The notes under the pieces: model-generated | Seen by the model: only the letters and a program-made list of their open reading frames with translations | Database searches by the model: none | What the model was told of the DNA's origin: nothing | Part shown: positions 42,697 through 55,212 of the stretch, in pieces | Numbering within the stretch: position 1 is the stretch's first letter | How the letters are laid out: every line of letters begins with the position of its first letter | Translations under genes and position numbers: made by a program | Origin: Eledone cirrhosa | Taxonomy: Eukaryota | Direction of reading: 5' to 3' | Assembly: GCA_964016885.1 (NCBI GenBank) | Contig: OZ024740.1 | Coordinates: 351,850,001 to 351,914,000 of the forward strand | Length of the DNA: 64,000 nt

Positions 42697-44742
42697 CATC
42701 ATCATCATCATCATCGTTTAACGTCCATGTTCCACGCTAGCATGGGTTTGGACGGGAATTTTCCCACTTGAGGCAAGATTGGTTGTCTTGCTCGTATAGG
42801 ACTGTCTGGCGGGTTTTCTACGGCTGGATGCCCTTCCTAACACCAACCACGTTTACAGTGTGGACTGGGAGGTTTTTACCGTGTTACCTACACGGCCACA
42901 TTACAGCGTGGACTGTGTGTTTTTTTGTTGTGACACCTACACGACCTCATTTGTTTCGGACTGGATGCTGTGGTACCAACATAGCTTTACATCAAAAGGG
43001 GTGGTGTGGATGGCGGTTGGGGTAGGGGTAGTGGGACGGGGGTGTATTTGTGTTAGAGGTGCCTACTGACTGTAGGTTTCGCTTTGTACTTAGGCAAGGC
43101 GGGTCTTCTGTATAACTGTGTAGCACCAAAGATCTTGGTCCAGTGACATTGTCTTGGAGAGGTGTAAGTGTGTGAGGTCGGAATTTATCAAGTTGTCCCA
43201 GGTTTTTCTAGGTCTGCCTACTCCGTGGCTACCGTCTATTTTTATCGCCCTGCACTTTTTTATACAGCTGTTGTCTTTCATGCGCATCACATGACCATAC
43301 CAACGTAGTCTTCTCTCGAGTAAACAGCATCTGATCCCTCTTATTCCTAATTTCTCACTTAGTTCATTTATGCTTGCCGTTCACGTATATTACTATTACA
43401 AATCCAACGGAGCATGCAAGCTTTGTTCCTCTCCAGTCTGAGTATATCCTCTGCACACAATGCCCAAGTCTCACTGCCATGTAACATTGCTGTTCGTATG
43501 CAGGCATCATACAGCCCGCCTTTCATTTTTAGAGAGAACCCTTTAGCGGCCAATAGTGGTATAAGCTCTCTGAACTTTTTCCATCCTGTTCTGACTCTAG
43601 CTACTGTACTTTCAGAGCACCCTCCACCACTGCTGATTTTGTCACCCAGGTAACGGAAGGTGTCCACTATTTCTATAGAACCATCTGTGCAATGGAATGA
43701 GCTAGTATTCTGTGGGCACTTGCTGCTACTTATTGCACCAGAGCACCGGCCACATATAAAATCTATATTCTTAGTTAGCTTACCTGTGATCCCACTACAT
43801 CTTTTATGCACCCACACTTTGCATTTGGGACATAAAATGGAGTTTCTGCCTACTCCTTTCCTACACACTGAGCATGGCCATTTCCCAGATGGGACCGGTG
43901 CCCTATTTTCCTTCCTACAAACTAGAACTTTAGTCTTAGACAGGTTAATTTTAAGGCCTTTTGATTCTAGGCGATGCTTCCATGTTTGGAATTTCTTCTC
44001 TAGTTCAGCCATTGATTCAGCTATGAGCGTTAGATCATCTGCGTATAGGAGTTCCCATGGGCAGCCGGTCTTGAACTCCTCTGTTATAGCCTGAAAGGCA
44101 ATGATAAATAGTAGGGGGCTAAGAACAGAGCCCTGATGAACACCAACTTTTACGCTAAACTCTTCACTATATTCGTTGTTAATTCTAACCTTGCCGACTG
44201 TTTCTTTATACATGGCTTGTATAGCTCTCACAAGCCATTCATCAACACCTAATTTTCTAAGAGCCCACCAGATAATGGAACAGGGGACTCTGTCAAAGGC
44301 TTTCTCCAAGTCAACAAAAACTAAGTATAGGGGATTACTTTTAGCTAGATACTTCTCCTGTAGTTGTCGTACAATGAAAAGAGCGTCTGTGGTACTTTTA
44401 CCTGACACAAACCCAAACTGCATTTCATCTAGATCAATTCGCTCTCTGATTAGTTGCGCTATTACTTTTTCTGTGACCTTCATGACCTGGTCAATTAATT
44501 TAATGCCTCTATAGTTACCCCTATCTAGGGCATCTCCTTTACCCTTGTAGCAGTTAATGATGATGCTGCTACGCCAGTCCTTCGGAACGACCCCCATTCT
44601 GTATGACTTGGTTTACTATCCGGGTGACCATAGTGTCCCACCATTCCAGATGCTTTCAGCATTTCAGCAACTATTTCCGAAGGCCCAGCTGCCTTACCCG
44701 TCTTCATTATGTCACCATAATCATTCCTGCCATCCAACTACC
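42697..44742 (-). mobile_element. RTE-clade LINE, 5'-truncated copy B
   Basis: RT coding sequence with frameshifts near 44600 and 43370, 3' UTR and (GAT)n tail. Confidence 0.96.
43090..44737 (-). pseudogene. RTE reverse transcriptase with inserted PHD finger, frameshifted
   Basis: GKAAGP, NYRGIKL, QFGF, FVDLEKAFDRVP, GVHQGSVLSPLLF, LLYADD, then CSVC..CPKC..HKRC..CGRC, FRYLG, GRPRKTW across three ORFs. Confidence 0.94.
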
Positions 44743-46439
44743 AAACATTAGATTCCAATTTTTGTCCTGCTTCAATGCTTATTTAAATGTCCACTCTTGT
44801 ATATCAAAAACTACTGAAGCCAGGAAACCTAATTTTATTTAATCAATTATTTCTAAACAAAGTAGAAATTATATCTTTCTTTTTTTAAATTCAATTTTTT
44901 AGTATCATATAACCAGGGGCAGTTTCGGGTAGTCTGGGAATGTAAGGGTTAATGAAAGCTTTTCTGGGTAGCTCGATGGGATCATAAAAATGCTAATATG
45001 GAATCCATAAAATAACGGTTGCAACTGAAAGTGTGAGTACAACATTATAGTAGTAAGATATCTGGCTGAAGTTGAGAAAATTATTAAAAATGACAATTAT
45101 ATTGATGAACAAATTATATATTTTGAGGAAATGGGATTACTTTGGAAACAAATGTCTAATAGAACTTATTTGAAGAAGAAATATAAATAAAAATTGCAGC
45201 CAGGAGTTACATGACCTATTGTAGAAATAATGAAAATTTGTTTATATTTTTGAATATCTAGAATAAACTACAGAAATTTCAGGGGACTTCAATGATGAAG
45301 ACATTTTGAATTTATAGAAGCAATGAACACATAAGGATGATTACAAAGACAGAACAGGTAAAAAAAGGATCCTCAATAGAAGAACTCAATGTTATTTTTA
45401 GAATTTTTAAAAATGGATGGCAGCTCCAACAGAACCCTTTGAGCATGGGACAAAATGTCCGCAATATTAATTGTTTTTTTTTTTTGTGTGTACTGAGTTC
45501 AAATCCTACTGAGATCAGCTTTTCTATTTATTCTTCTGGAATCAATAAAATAAAGCACCAGTAAAGTAATGAAGTTGATTCTATATTCCTATAAGACATC
45601 CTACATATAAATGGAATTATAATAGAAAAATATAAAGAAAACTATGCAAATCAAAAGACAAGTTGAAAATGTCTTCAGCAGCTATAGTCCATGCACAAAA
45701 AAAAGAAGAATGAAGAAAAATCAAAACAAACATCCCTTTCACAATATTAAAGAAAAACAACGAAAATCTTCCATTTTTATTTTGCATATGTCAAAGAAAG
45801 TCAATAAACTCATAAAATATAAAACTGAATCCAATTATTTCCTTCTTTATTCCTATCAATTTCCAGAAGCCTTTTTCCAACTGGTATTTTGAAAAAAAAA
45901 TTAAAAATTTAGTTTTAATCAAACCAATTAGAGATTTTGCATGTATTTATATATATTTTAATACTGCAATTTTGAACACTGGTGTTTTTGCAACAAATAT
46001 TGCCCATAACAATGTATATACAGTATATACTAGCAGGATACCTGATACTGCCTGAGGAAACAGAAGCCACAGCTGGTGGCCAATGTCTTGAAAAGGAAAT
46101 ATAGTAATTTTGCATAAATATATTATTTGAAACAATGTTTATATTCCTTGTAAAGAGAGATATGCAGTTTTAAAAACTTATTTCTGGCAAAACATTGACA
46201 AACAATTCTCAACAAAAGACTTAAAAAACATTCTAAGTTTTTCCATTTTGACCATTGGCATAATGATTGTTGTGGCCTCTAATATATGGCCATTTCATCT
46301 AACATAGCTGTCCATGAGAAAAGCAGAGCTGTCACAACTGCAACCCAGTTATCTTCAATGTTAATAGACTATGAAGCTTAAGTACATGTTAATTTGAGTC
46401 TCTTGGTCTGAATAGCCTATCAGTAGAACAGTATTACAA

Positions 46440-46562
46440 TGATGAGAGACATATGTTTTGACATTTATAGGCATTTTTATGGACCACGTCCAATATTCGG
46501 AGTTGTTCACTCTTCATGGGCGCTCTTGGAACATAACCCCCGTGAATATCAGGGGACAACTG
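46440..46562 (-). mobile_element. Tigger/pogo-like transposon terminus
   Basis: Minus strand TA-CAGTTGTCCCCTGATATTCACGGGGGTTATGTTCC resembles Tigger-type TIRs; partner end not found. Confidence 0.55.
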
Positions 46563-46699
46563 TACATGTGTGAGAGTAAAAGTCACTAACATGAAATAAA
46601 TTATGCAAATGTTTGAAGATGTGTACAAGATATGTAAAAGAAAATGGCAATGTATATTTGTATGAGTTAATGTGAATGATTGACTGGATGCAGGCATAG

Positions 46700-47130
46700 C
46701 TATGTAATTTAAAACAACATTGTCTCTAAGTGAAAGATAGGTCATGGGACACTTATGCTTGCAATGTAATGTTGTGTGGTAGTAAAATGTAGGTATTGAA
46801 TAAGGAGGATGTGCAAAAACTGGAAAGAACTGAGCTGAGCATGCCCTCTGGATGTGTACAAAAAGAATCAGATATAATGTACAACAGAGGAAACTGCACT
46901 GGTATTGACATGTGGTGTGTATGGATGAGAACAATTGGGTAAAGAGGAGCCAAGTAACAGAAGTGGGATGAACCTGCAAAAGAAGAACACCAAGGAAGAT
47001 ACTGGGAAGAAATAGTGAGAGCTGAACTACATAAAGAAAATGATAAATAATTGTACAAATGGTGAGGTGCTGTGATGGAGAAGATCTGGCTAAGACTTGC
47101 AAGCATATAAAAATGTATGTAGACATAATG
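46700..47130 (+). mobile_element. Old decayed RTE LINE 3' end
   Basis: Fragmented VMLCGSK..LNKEDVQKLERTELSM..WMC..QRKLHWY*HVVCMDENNWVKR; explains antisense ORF 46434-47126. Confidence 0.78.
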
Positions 47131-47172
47131 GCGATATAAATAATAATGGATGTTCAAAACAATTTTTTTCAA

Positions 47173-47434
47173 CCCTTTTGTTATCATATTTCTCATGAAA
47201 GACGCTGCCTATGATTTTCAATTAATGTTTTAGATAGTCAAAAATATTGAGCGATTTAGTAATATAACTAACTTTCTTGTTATTAAGTTGGTATTTACAA
47301 CTTAACTTAAGAGAATATTCTAATAAAAATTATGATAGAATATATAAGTTTAAACACAAACACTTTAAAATGAATGGCGTTTTTTTTCCATCATACTGCC
47401 AAGAGCAGTTTCATGTGGGTTAGTATCAAAAGGT
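47173..47434 (+). mobile_element. piggyBac-like MITE, family 2
   Basis: CCCTTTTGTTATC ... GTATCAAAAGGT-TTAA; body matches 28054-28286. Confidence 0.72.
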
Positions 47435-47939
47435 TTAAATTATGTTGATTATACTGAAGAAAAAAACTAAGTTATTTAATGAGAAAAGATCAAAACAAAA
47501 CACAAAATTTGAATATAGAATTATATATACTCCCAAAAAAAAGAATTGGGGGGAAAAAAATGCAATGAAAATAAAATGATATAAAAATAAAATGCAATGT
47601 AACAATAGAAAGACAAGATGAATTATCTATTGTTTAGTTGAGGTTAGTTGATGTTATTGTTGTAGTTATCAATTCACTGTGTGATTTCTAATGTTTAGCC
47701 TAATTTTAGATACTTTGTTAATTCTTTTTAAAATACTTTCTCATAGAAGAAAAATAACACGCATATGCCTATATCTATATATATCTGTATATATGTATTC
47801 AAGAACTGTGTTCACACACGCGTGTGTGTGTGTGTGTATATCTATATATATAATCATGCGTTCATACAAAATTATCTATATATTCACACAAACTTGTGAT
47901 TATTCTCATATAGACACACGCACACACACATAAATATAG

Positions 47940-47972
<33 letters not shown>

Positions 47973-48751
47973 GAGTGTATGTTAACCTAATATAAGCTGT
48001 TCCAATGTATACTGTCCACTTTTTCCATCTCAAGGAACTTATATGGCCAACTTTTCATAGTAAAAAAAAAACTTATATTGAAGCAGCTTACATTAAGCTA
48101 ACATGCATTCAAAATTCAAACAATTTGCTTAATGCTTCATAAAAAAATATACCATTGATTCTCAGATACTGCAATAGCCTGGGGTTCAAATGCAGTAAGG
48201 TAATTGCTGACCTTGTGCCAAAAGTAGAAAATTATTTTACATCCTCTTTTATTGCGAGACAAGTCAGAGGGCTATGTTTCACTCATACACACCATTATTG
48301 GCATGGTTTCCATAGCTTGATTCCCTTGTTTACATTTTATAGAGTATACTTTGAGTGTTTTATAATGTCATTAGCACTAAAGAAATTTTCAAGTCTTTGA
48401 CATGACTAAAGAGGATCCTCACTACTCTATGTTGTCACTGTTCAATTGCTGACCACTTTACAGACTGCCCTGGATGCATTATATCATGGCAACAACACTA
48501 AGGAGGTTGTCTTCTCTGCTGCAAGAGTAAAGAGTCCTCCATTCTATGTAATCCCTATTTTTCTAAGGCCAACTTGATTGAGAATGTTATTAGAAGAGGA
48601 AATATTTCCTTTTTATAAGACAATTATCAGGGAGATTCAGTGACTATTTCTATCAGGTTAAGTGACAGGATTAAGATTTCTTTGTTGGCTTATTGAGCCA
48701 TGTTGTATTCCTACAAAACCTTTATCTTTATACCTAAATAAAAGAAACCAG

Positions 48752-48945
48752 TAATAATTGTTTCTACTTTTCGCACAAGGCCAGCAATTATTCCAGTGTA
48801 TTACTGGTACTTTATTTTATCGACCCCGTAAGGATGAAAGGCAAAGTTAACCTCAGTGGGATTTGAACTCAGATCATAAAGGGCCGTAACTCTTTGCTGC
48901 AAAGCATGGCATCCGACCCTCTACCGATTCTGCCAATCCACCAGT
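48752..48945 (-). mobile_element. Young Meta-like SINE
   Basis: Near-identical to 56940-57135; flanked by CCAGTAATAAT on both sides (likely TSD). Confidence 0.9.
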
Positions 48946-48983
48946 AATAATGTTATTGATGTTGTTGCTGCCACCACTGTCAT

Positions 48984-49030
<47 letters not shown>

Positions 49031-50121
49031 AAGCTTGATTTATTAACTAAAAACAGTTCTTATTTCAGGTATTTATATGTCTATGACCTGTTTCCCCATT
49101 ACAAAATCTACAGAAAAGTGTCAGATCTGAAGTACCAAAATACTTTTAAATAACACAGAGTACAACTCAGCATCCTTTGGGAAGTAAATGGTTAAGAATC
49201 AATAAATATTTTGTAATAATGTTGATTTTTTTTTCCTCGAAATATAGAATATTTTATATCAAATATGTATGAATATAGAAATTCCACAGGAAATCAATCT
49301 AATTTTAATTATTGTTTAGAAATCAAATAATGCCAGGATGACATCATCACAATTTTTATGTCTGCTTTTCCATAAGTTGGATAAGGTTTCTTGATGCAGT
49401 TAGTTTTTCTATGGCCAAATGCTTTTTTTGACACTAACCCATACTATAATTTTAAAGTATAGCATATCCTGCTCATCTGTGTCAACTGATCCATTTTATT
49501 TTTTATGAGGGACATAAACAAACAAAATCACTAGCTTTAAATGTTGTAGATTTGAAGATGCATATGGTAAACTGACATATATACACATACAATGAGCTTC
49601 TTTACAGTTTCTGTCTTACAAATTCACTCACAAAGCATTTGTCTGCCTGAGACTGTAATAGGAAACAATTTTCCAGTATGCCACTCACTAGGAACAAACC
49701 TGAAACCACATAACTTCAAAGCAAGCTTCTTAACCACACAACCACTAACATCTAAGAATATATTTGATACAGTTAGCTTTAAAAAACTAACTCGTTTTTC
49801 TTGTAGGTATCATCTAAATTATCCATTCTCAAAACATTTTTCTCTGCCAACCAGTGTACATAGTCTTTTACATTCACTTGATGATTCTAATATCACTACT
49901 TCAGCAAGTACATTGAAGTCTCTGCCTCACTAATTAGGACATAAGACTGAAATATGTTCCAAGTTGTCTCCTGTATTTACCAAAATAATTACAATAATGT
50001 CAAATAATGGTTAGTAGTGTTTTGTTTGTTTTTCTTCACTGCATAATTATTTCTAGTTAGCCTTCTAATGTTTGCTGCAGTAAATGTTCTAACTTAACTG
50101 AATTTAACAACTTTATTTCAA

Positions 50122-50360
50122 TGCTTTTAATACCAAACCAGCTAACACTGTCCTTGGTTCTATGATACACAGTTTGTTTTAAAGTGTTTATATTTATCTA
50201 AAAACCTTTCATCATAATGTTATGTAAGAACATCTTTGTTATGCTCCTAACACCAGCTTAATAACTTGAAAGTTAGTTATATTACTAAATTCATCCAAAT
50301 TTTTTACTATTTAAAAAGTGTTTTGAAATGACTTTCATTAGAAATATGGTAACAAAAGGG
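50122..50360 (-). mobile_element. piggyBac-like MITE, family 2, inverted
   Basis: Ends GAAATATGGTAACAAAAGGG-TTAA. Confidence 0.7.
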
Positions 50361-50448
50361 TTAAATATACTAACTTAACTAAATTTAACAATTTTTTCTA
50401 ATATATAACTAACAACACAGTGTTTTTTATCTTCTAGGTATACTATAT

Positions 50449-51014
50449 TTAACCACTATATTTTAATAATATAACCAGCAACATCTAATGTCTTGTGCAA
50501 TCTCTGACTATAGTACATTGTTAACTAAATTTAACCATTATATTTTAATAATATAACCAGCAACATCTAATGTCTTGTGCAATCTCTGACTATAGTATAT
50601 TGTTAACTAAATTTAACCATTATATTTTAATAATATAACCAGCAACATCTAATGTCTTGTGCAATCTCTGACTATAGTATATTGTTAACTAAATTTAACC
50701 ATTATATTTTAATAATATAACCAGCAACATCTAATGTCTTGTGCAATCTCTGACTATAGTATATTGTTAACTAAATTTAACCATTATATTTTAATAATAT
50801 AACCAGCAACATCTAATGTCTTGTGCAGTCTCTGACTATAGTATATTGTTAACTAAATTTAACCATTATATTTTAATAATATAACCAGCAACATCTAATG
50901 TCTTGTGCAGTCTCTGACTATAGTATATTGTTAACTAAATTTAACCATTATATTTTAATAATATAACCAACAACATCTAATGTCTTGTGCAGTCTCTGAC
51001 TATAGTACATTGTT
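50449..51014. repeat. 82-bp minisatellite, ~7 copies
   Basis: Unit TTAACCATTATATTTTAATAATATAACCAGCAACATCTAATGTCTTGTGCAATCTCTGACTATAGTATATTGTTAACTAAAT starting at 50449, 50531, 50613, 50695, 50777, 50859, 50941. Confidence 0.97.
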
Positions 51015-51545
51015 CAACAGCAGCTACTCACACCATTATCAGGCCTGCAAATTAGGTTACTAATTCTTGTAAATTGGTGATATTTTGTTTTGGCAATGAT
51101 GGCAATGTTTTCCTCATTGTTGATGACTCATACTGGTTAGATTCCAATCACATTTTCACATTTCAATTATTTATTATGATACAGAGAGTGAAATAGTTTC
51201 CTGTTCTATGTCACAGTGTATATACAGTATATGTATCTGTGTGTTTCTTTGTGAATTTAGAGTTGTCTCTCTGTCAATGTATGTATTATTAAATAAAGAA
51301 ATCATCCATATGAATCTCTCTCTCTCTGTGTATATATATATATAGGTATATACATACATATAAATTATCATGTATACTAAAATGCATGCTGAACAGCCAA
51401 TATGATAAATGCATATCTAGACATAATCGGTAAAGGATTAAGAAAAATTGCATAAATCTGCATATCAATATACATGTTGAGTACACAGACATGTAGACAT
51501 GTTAAATTTACATATTTCCCAGTAAACTGAAAAAAAAAAGATGAG

Positions 51546-51592
51546 CATCGTTAATTCATTTTCGACTGTTCTTGAGATCTCATCAGAAAATG
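51546..51592 (-). ncRNA. Minimal hammerhead ribozyme motif (slightly degenerate)
   Basis: Minus strand CATTTT-CTGATGA-GAT...GTC-GAAA-AT(GA)AT-TA-ACGATG; one stem I mismatch. Confidence 0.5.
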
Positions 51593-51694
51593 TCTACATC
51601 ATTGATCAATCACAGTGAACTATGCAATTAATAGCTTTATAATGCCTACCAAATGTAGTAGAAACAGTGAACTGGATGTACTGACCTGTATATT

Positions 51695-51729
51695 ATGCTT
51701 CTTGCCATTTTGGCTAAGATCAAAGTGTA
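51695..51729 (+). pseudogene. 3'-truncated U2 snRNA retrocopy (~35 nt)
   Basis: ATGCTTCTTGCCATTTTGGCTAAGATCAAAGTGTA versus the U2 5' end ATCGCTTCTCGGCCTTTTGGCTAAGATCA(A)AGTGTA; flanked by CCTGTATATTAT / CTTGCATATTAT. Confidence 0.8.
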
Positions 51730-51777
51730 ACTTGCATATTATTAGTGCTTATGCTGGTAGATAATTTCCGTATATAT

Positions 51778-51990
51778 TATAATAATAATAATGAAAATTA
51801 TTATGTACAGTGCTCAGGTGCATTACAACTCATTAAAGGTGAATGTATAGTACAGAGAATAATGTACAAATGTCAGGTAAGTTAACAGTATATGAGTCAT
51901 GATACACACACAGACACATGCATGCATGTATGTATGTGGAGGGGGAATATCTGGTGTAATGTTGGCGAATTCCAGGAAGTATGGAAGTTT
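51778..51990 (-). mobile_element. CR1-type LINE 3' UTR fragment
   Basis: Inverse of 34220-34415 with (AAT)n. Confidence 0.88.
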
Positions 51991-52863
51991 GTACACTAAG
52001 TATTTTACATTAAAATGATAACGAGTGGGTAGAATTGTCACAGTATCAAACAAAATAACTGTCATGTGGTATTTGTTTCAGCTTTTTACATTCTGATTTC
52101 AAATCCCACTGAGGTCAACATTGCCATTTGTCTCTTTGGGATCAATAAACGAAAATACAAGTCAAGTACTGGGGTACTTTCTATCCAACTGTTATGTCTT
52201 GGACATTCTACTGAGTTAAAGGTAGGAGGGTCAAGAGGATCACTGTCTGCTTGCCGTGACATTAAAAAAAAAGATTCACCAGGTCCAAGCTTATCCTGAT
52301 TTCATTGAGGTTGAGTGACTGAGAGCATACAATTTTGCCCTTTGCCCTATATGGGATACCAGTTTGTCATAAGATTAACCCCCAGCTGCTAATGTTATAT
52401 TTTCAGCTGATGAACTAAAGCAATGAGAAATTGCTGAACACAAAATGACGTTGAATCAAGAAATCAATCAAACACATGATGTTATGATCATGAGCCCAAA
52501 ACTCTAACCACTAGGCCAGCTTGCAACTACATAGGCACCTGTAAAACATTAGCAATAGACAGTGCAGCTAAAATAAAGTCATACATGACTGTGAATGATG
52601 GCTATAATATTAACATATATATGATATGCCAAGATAAATGTGTTTTGATATATATAAATGCACACATGAAGTTTATGAGCATATGTACACAAGCATATAA
52701 ATAAGTAAAAGTACAGATATATATGTGTATGTATATGTGAAATTTATTATATATATACACTCTGTGTGTGTGTATATATATATATATATAATATACAAAG
52801 TAATAATACAGTTTATTTCATATACATAGATACATACAGATTGTTCTACATATACATATAAAT

Positions 52864-52894
<31 letters not shown>

Positions 52895-52959
52895 TCCCTT
52901 AATTTACAAGTTTATAAAGTAAGTGTCTCCTAATACATAGGCATCTGAATGAAAGGAAA

Positions 52960-53022
<63 letters not shown>

Positions 53023-53084
53023 AGTGTATGTGTGGACAAAACAGAACAATTGTATGTGATAATGGTTTATGTAAACTTTATGAA

Positions 53085-53119
<35 letters not shown>

Positions 53120-53196
53120 CAGAGTGTCCCCCAAAAAATATATCCACACTTCAACACTATTCTAGCATATATGTATACATTTTTGGGGACATCCTG
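53120..53196. mobile_element. 77-bp Tc1/mariner-type MITE
   Basis: TA flanks; TIR CAGAGTGTCCCCCAAAAAATATAT / GTATACATTTTTGGGGACATCCTG; relatives at 53762-53851 and 55335-55430. Confidence 0.8.
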
Positions 53197-53198
53197 TA

Positions 53199-53233
<35 letters not shown>

Positions 53234-53267
53234 CCAACCCTTGCTAGCATGGAAAAACCAACATGGA

Positions 53268-53455
53268 ATAATTGTTTCTACTTTAGGCACAAGGCCAGCA
53301 ATTACCCAGTGCATTACTGGTTCTTTATTTTATCAACCCCGTAAGGATGAAAGGCAAAGTCAACCTCGGCGGGATTTGAACTCAGACCGTAAAGGGACGT
53401 AACTATGCTGGAAAGCATGGTGTCCGACTCTCTACCGATACTGCCAATCCACCAT
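53268..53455 (-). mobile_element. Young Meta-like SINE
   Basis: Near-identical to 57180-57355; ATGGAATAAT / ATGAAATAAT flanks. Confidence 0.9.
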
Positions 53456-54412
53456 GAAATAATGATGATAATGATATATATAAACATACACACACAGACG
53501 AAAGAATATATTTTCATGTGTAAAGCTATAAATGCTCACACATACATGTCTATGTACCAAAAGTATCCATTGCCACTATAAATAAAAACAGAAACTCTTT
53601 TTGTTATTGCTCCAATGAGGAAGTATTTAACTTGCAATTCCAAATATGAATATCATTTCCTTTAGACAAATCAAACTTTATTGTGCTGGCAATACCATAA
53701 ATCATTTTGTTTGCAGCAAACCCTCAATTCTTTTAGTGTGTATGTGTGTATATATATATATATAGTGTCCCCACCCCCACAAAAAATGTATACTCACTTC
53801 AACGGCATTCTAATGAAAGTGTGTATACATTTTGGGGCGGGGGACACCTTGTATGCATGAATATGTATATATACATACATATATACATATATATATACAT
53901 ATACATACATATATATATATATATATGTGTGTATATATATATGTGTGTGTGTGTGTATATATATATACATATATACACACACACATATATATATATATAT
54001 ACACATATATATATACATATATATGTATATGTGTGTATATATATATATGTGTGTGTGTGTATATATATATACATATATACACACAAACGTATATATATCT
54101 ATATATATATATATATACAGGTAATCGTGCCAATTCTGTATATCCTAAAAAATTAAATTAACGGTAATGGGAAATGTAAAAGAATAACAAGTAGTTTTGT
54201 TTTACTACAGATACTTGTAAATTAACTAAATGTTGTTTTCTTTGTTTTCGTTTTTGAATTTTTGTGTGCTTCACGTGATTCACATACTTTTCAAATAACA
54301 TTATTTTTAGATAAACATGAAGTATAACTATATGAAGTATATTTTGTTTGGAAGGTTAAATATTTTATTACAAGTGCAAAGTGGATTTTTTAACCCATAC
54401 CTAATTTCTCTC

Positions 54413-54456
<44 letters not shown>

Positions 54457-54540
54457 TTAATTTGTTGGAATTCCGACAAACATAAATGTTTATAACTGAT
54501 ATAGAGCATGGGTATGTCATTATTTATAAAACAAATTTTG

Positions 54541-54607
54541 TATTTTATCTGATGAAAGCACACCAAGATTGGCTTGGTCACCCCCTTGAAATATATATAA
54601 TAAAATA
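54541..54607 (+). ncRNA. Minimal type I hammerhead ribozyme, canonical core
   Basis: TATTTTAT-CTGATGA-AAG..ACCAAG(ATTGG)CTTGGT..CTT-GAAA-T(ATAT)A-TA-ATAAAATA: 8-bp stem I, stem II with extra hairpin, palindromic loop 3, AUA triplet. Confidence 0.8.
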
Positions 54608-54876
54608 AATATGGTTTTATAAATATAGTTTCCATTTATTATTATCTTGGTATATATATATAAAGCTTCCATTACTCATACTTCTCGCCTTCTTCACTAC
54701 CTCTTCTACGGCTTCGATATGAATACCCCCTCCGCCTCCGTGGTATTTTTTTCGTGGTTATAAGAGGCTTAGCTCTGTTTCTCGACCGTTATATCGCGTG
54801 ACTATCTCCCCCTCCGTCTTTTGGGATTCTTTCTCACGTCGTGTAGACGCGTTCTTGAGACTAGTAAAATGAGGTA

Positions 54877-54964
54877 TCCTCTTGATAAGTCGGCAGACCT
54901 CGCAAGGACTCTATATCTTTGATATATTGTTTTTGTTTATGCCACGAAACTACGTAGTCGAGGA
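54877..54964 (+). ncRNA. Type I hammerhead ribozyme with U3:A8 core variant
   Basis: TCCTC-TTGATAA-GTCGGCA...TGCCAC-GAAA-CTACGTAG-TC-GAGGA: 5-bp stem I, stem II, palindromic stem III ACTACGTAGT, GUC triplet. Confidence 0.8.
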
Positions 54965-55036
54965 ATTTAGGAACAGTTTAGGTATGATACATTTTATTAC
55001 TAATTATATCTAAATGTTTCTTCTCTCTTCATAATG

Positions 55037-55094
<58 letters not shown>

Positions 55095-55098
<4 letters not shown>

Positions 55099-55212
55099 GT
55101 ATGGCTGTGTGGTTAAAGAATTGGATTCACAATCTTGAGGTTGTGAGTTCGATTCCTGGACCGGGTGATGTGTTATGTCCTTGAGCAAGACACTTTATTT
55201 CACGTTGCTCCT
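55095..55212 (+). mobile_element. tRNA/CORE-like SINE head
   Basis: TGGCTGTGTGG A box, GAGTTCGATTCC B box, GTCCTTGAGCAAGACACTT. Confidence 0.82.

Noticed and set aside
46434-47126. 230-aa hydrophobic ORF
   Set aside because: Antisense to a decayed RTE fragment.
50449-51014. Possible CRISPR-like array
   Set aside because: Units repeat fully with no unique spacers; no cas genes; eukaryotic context.
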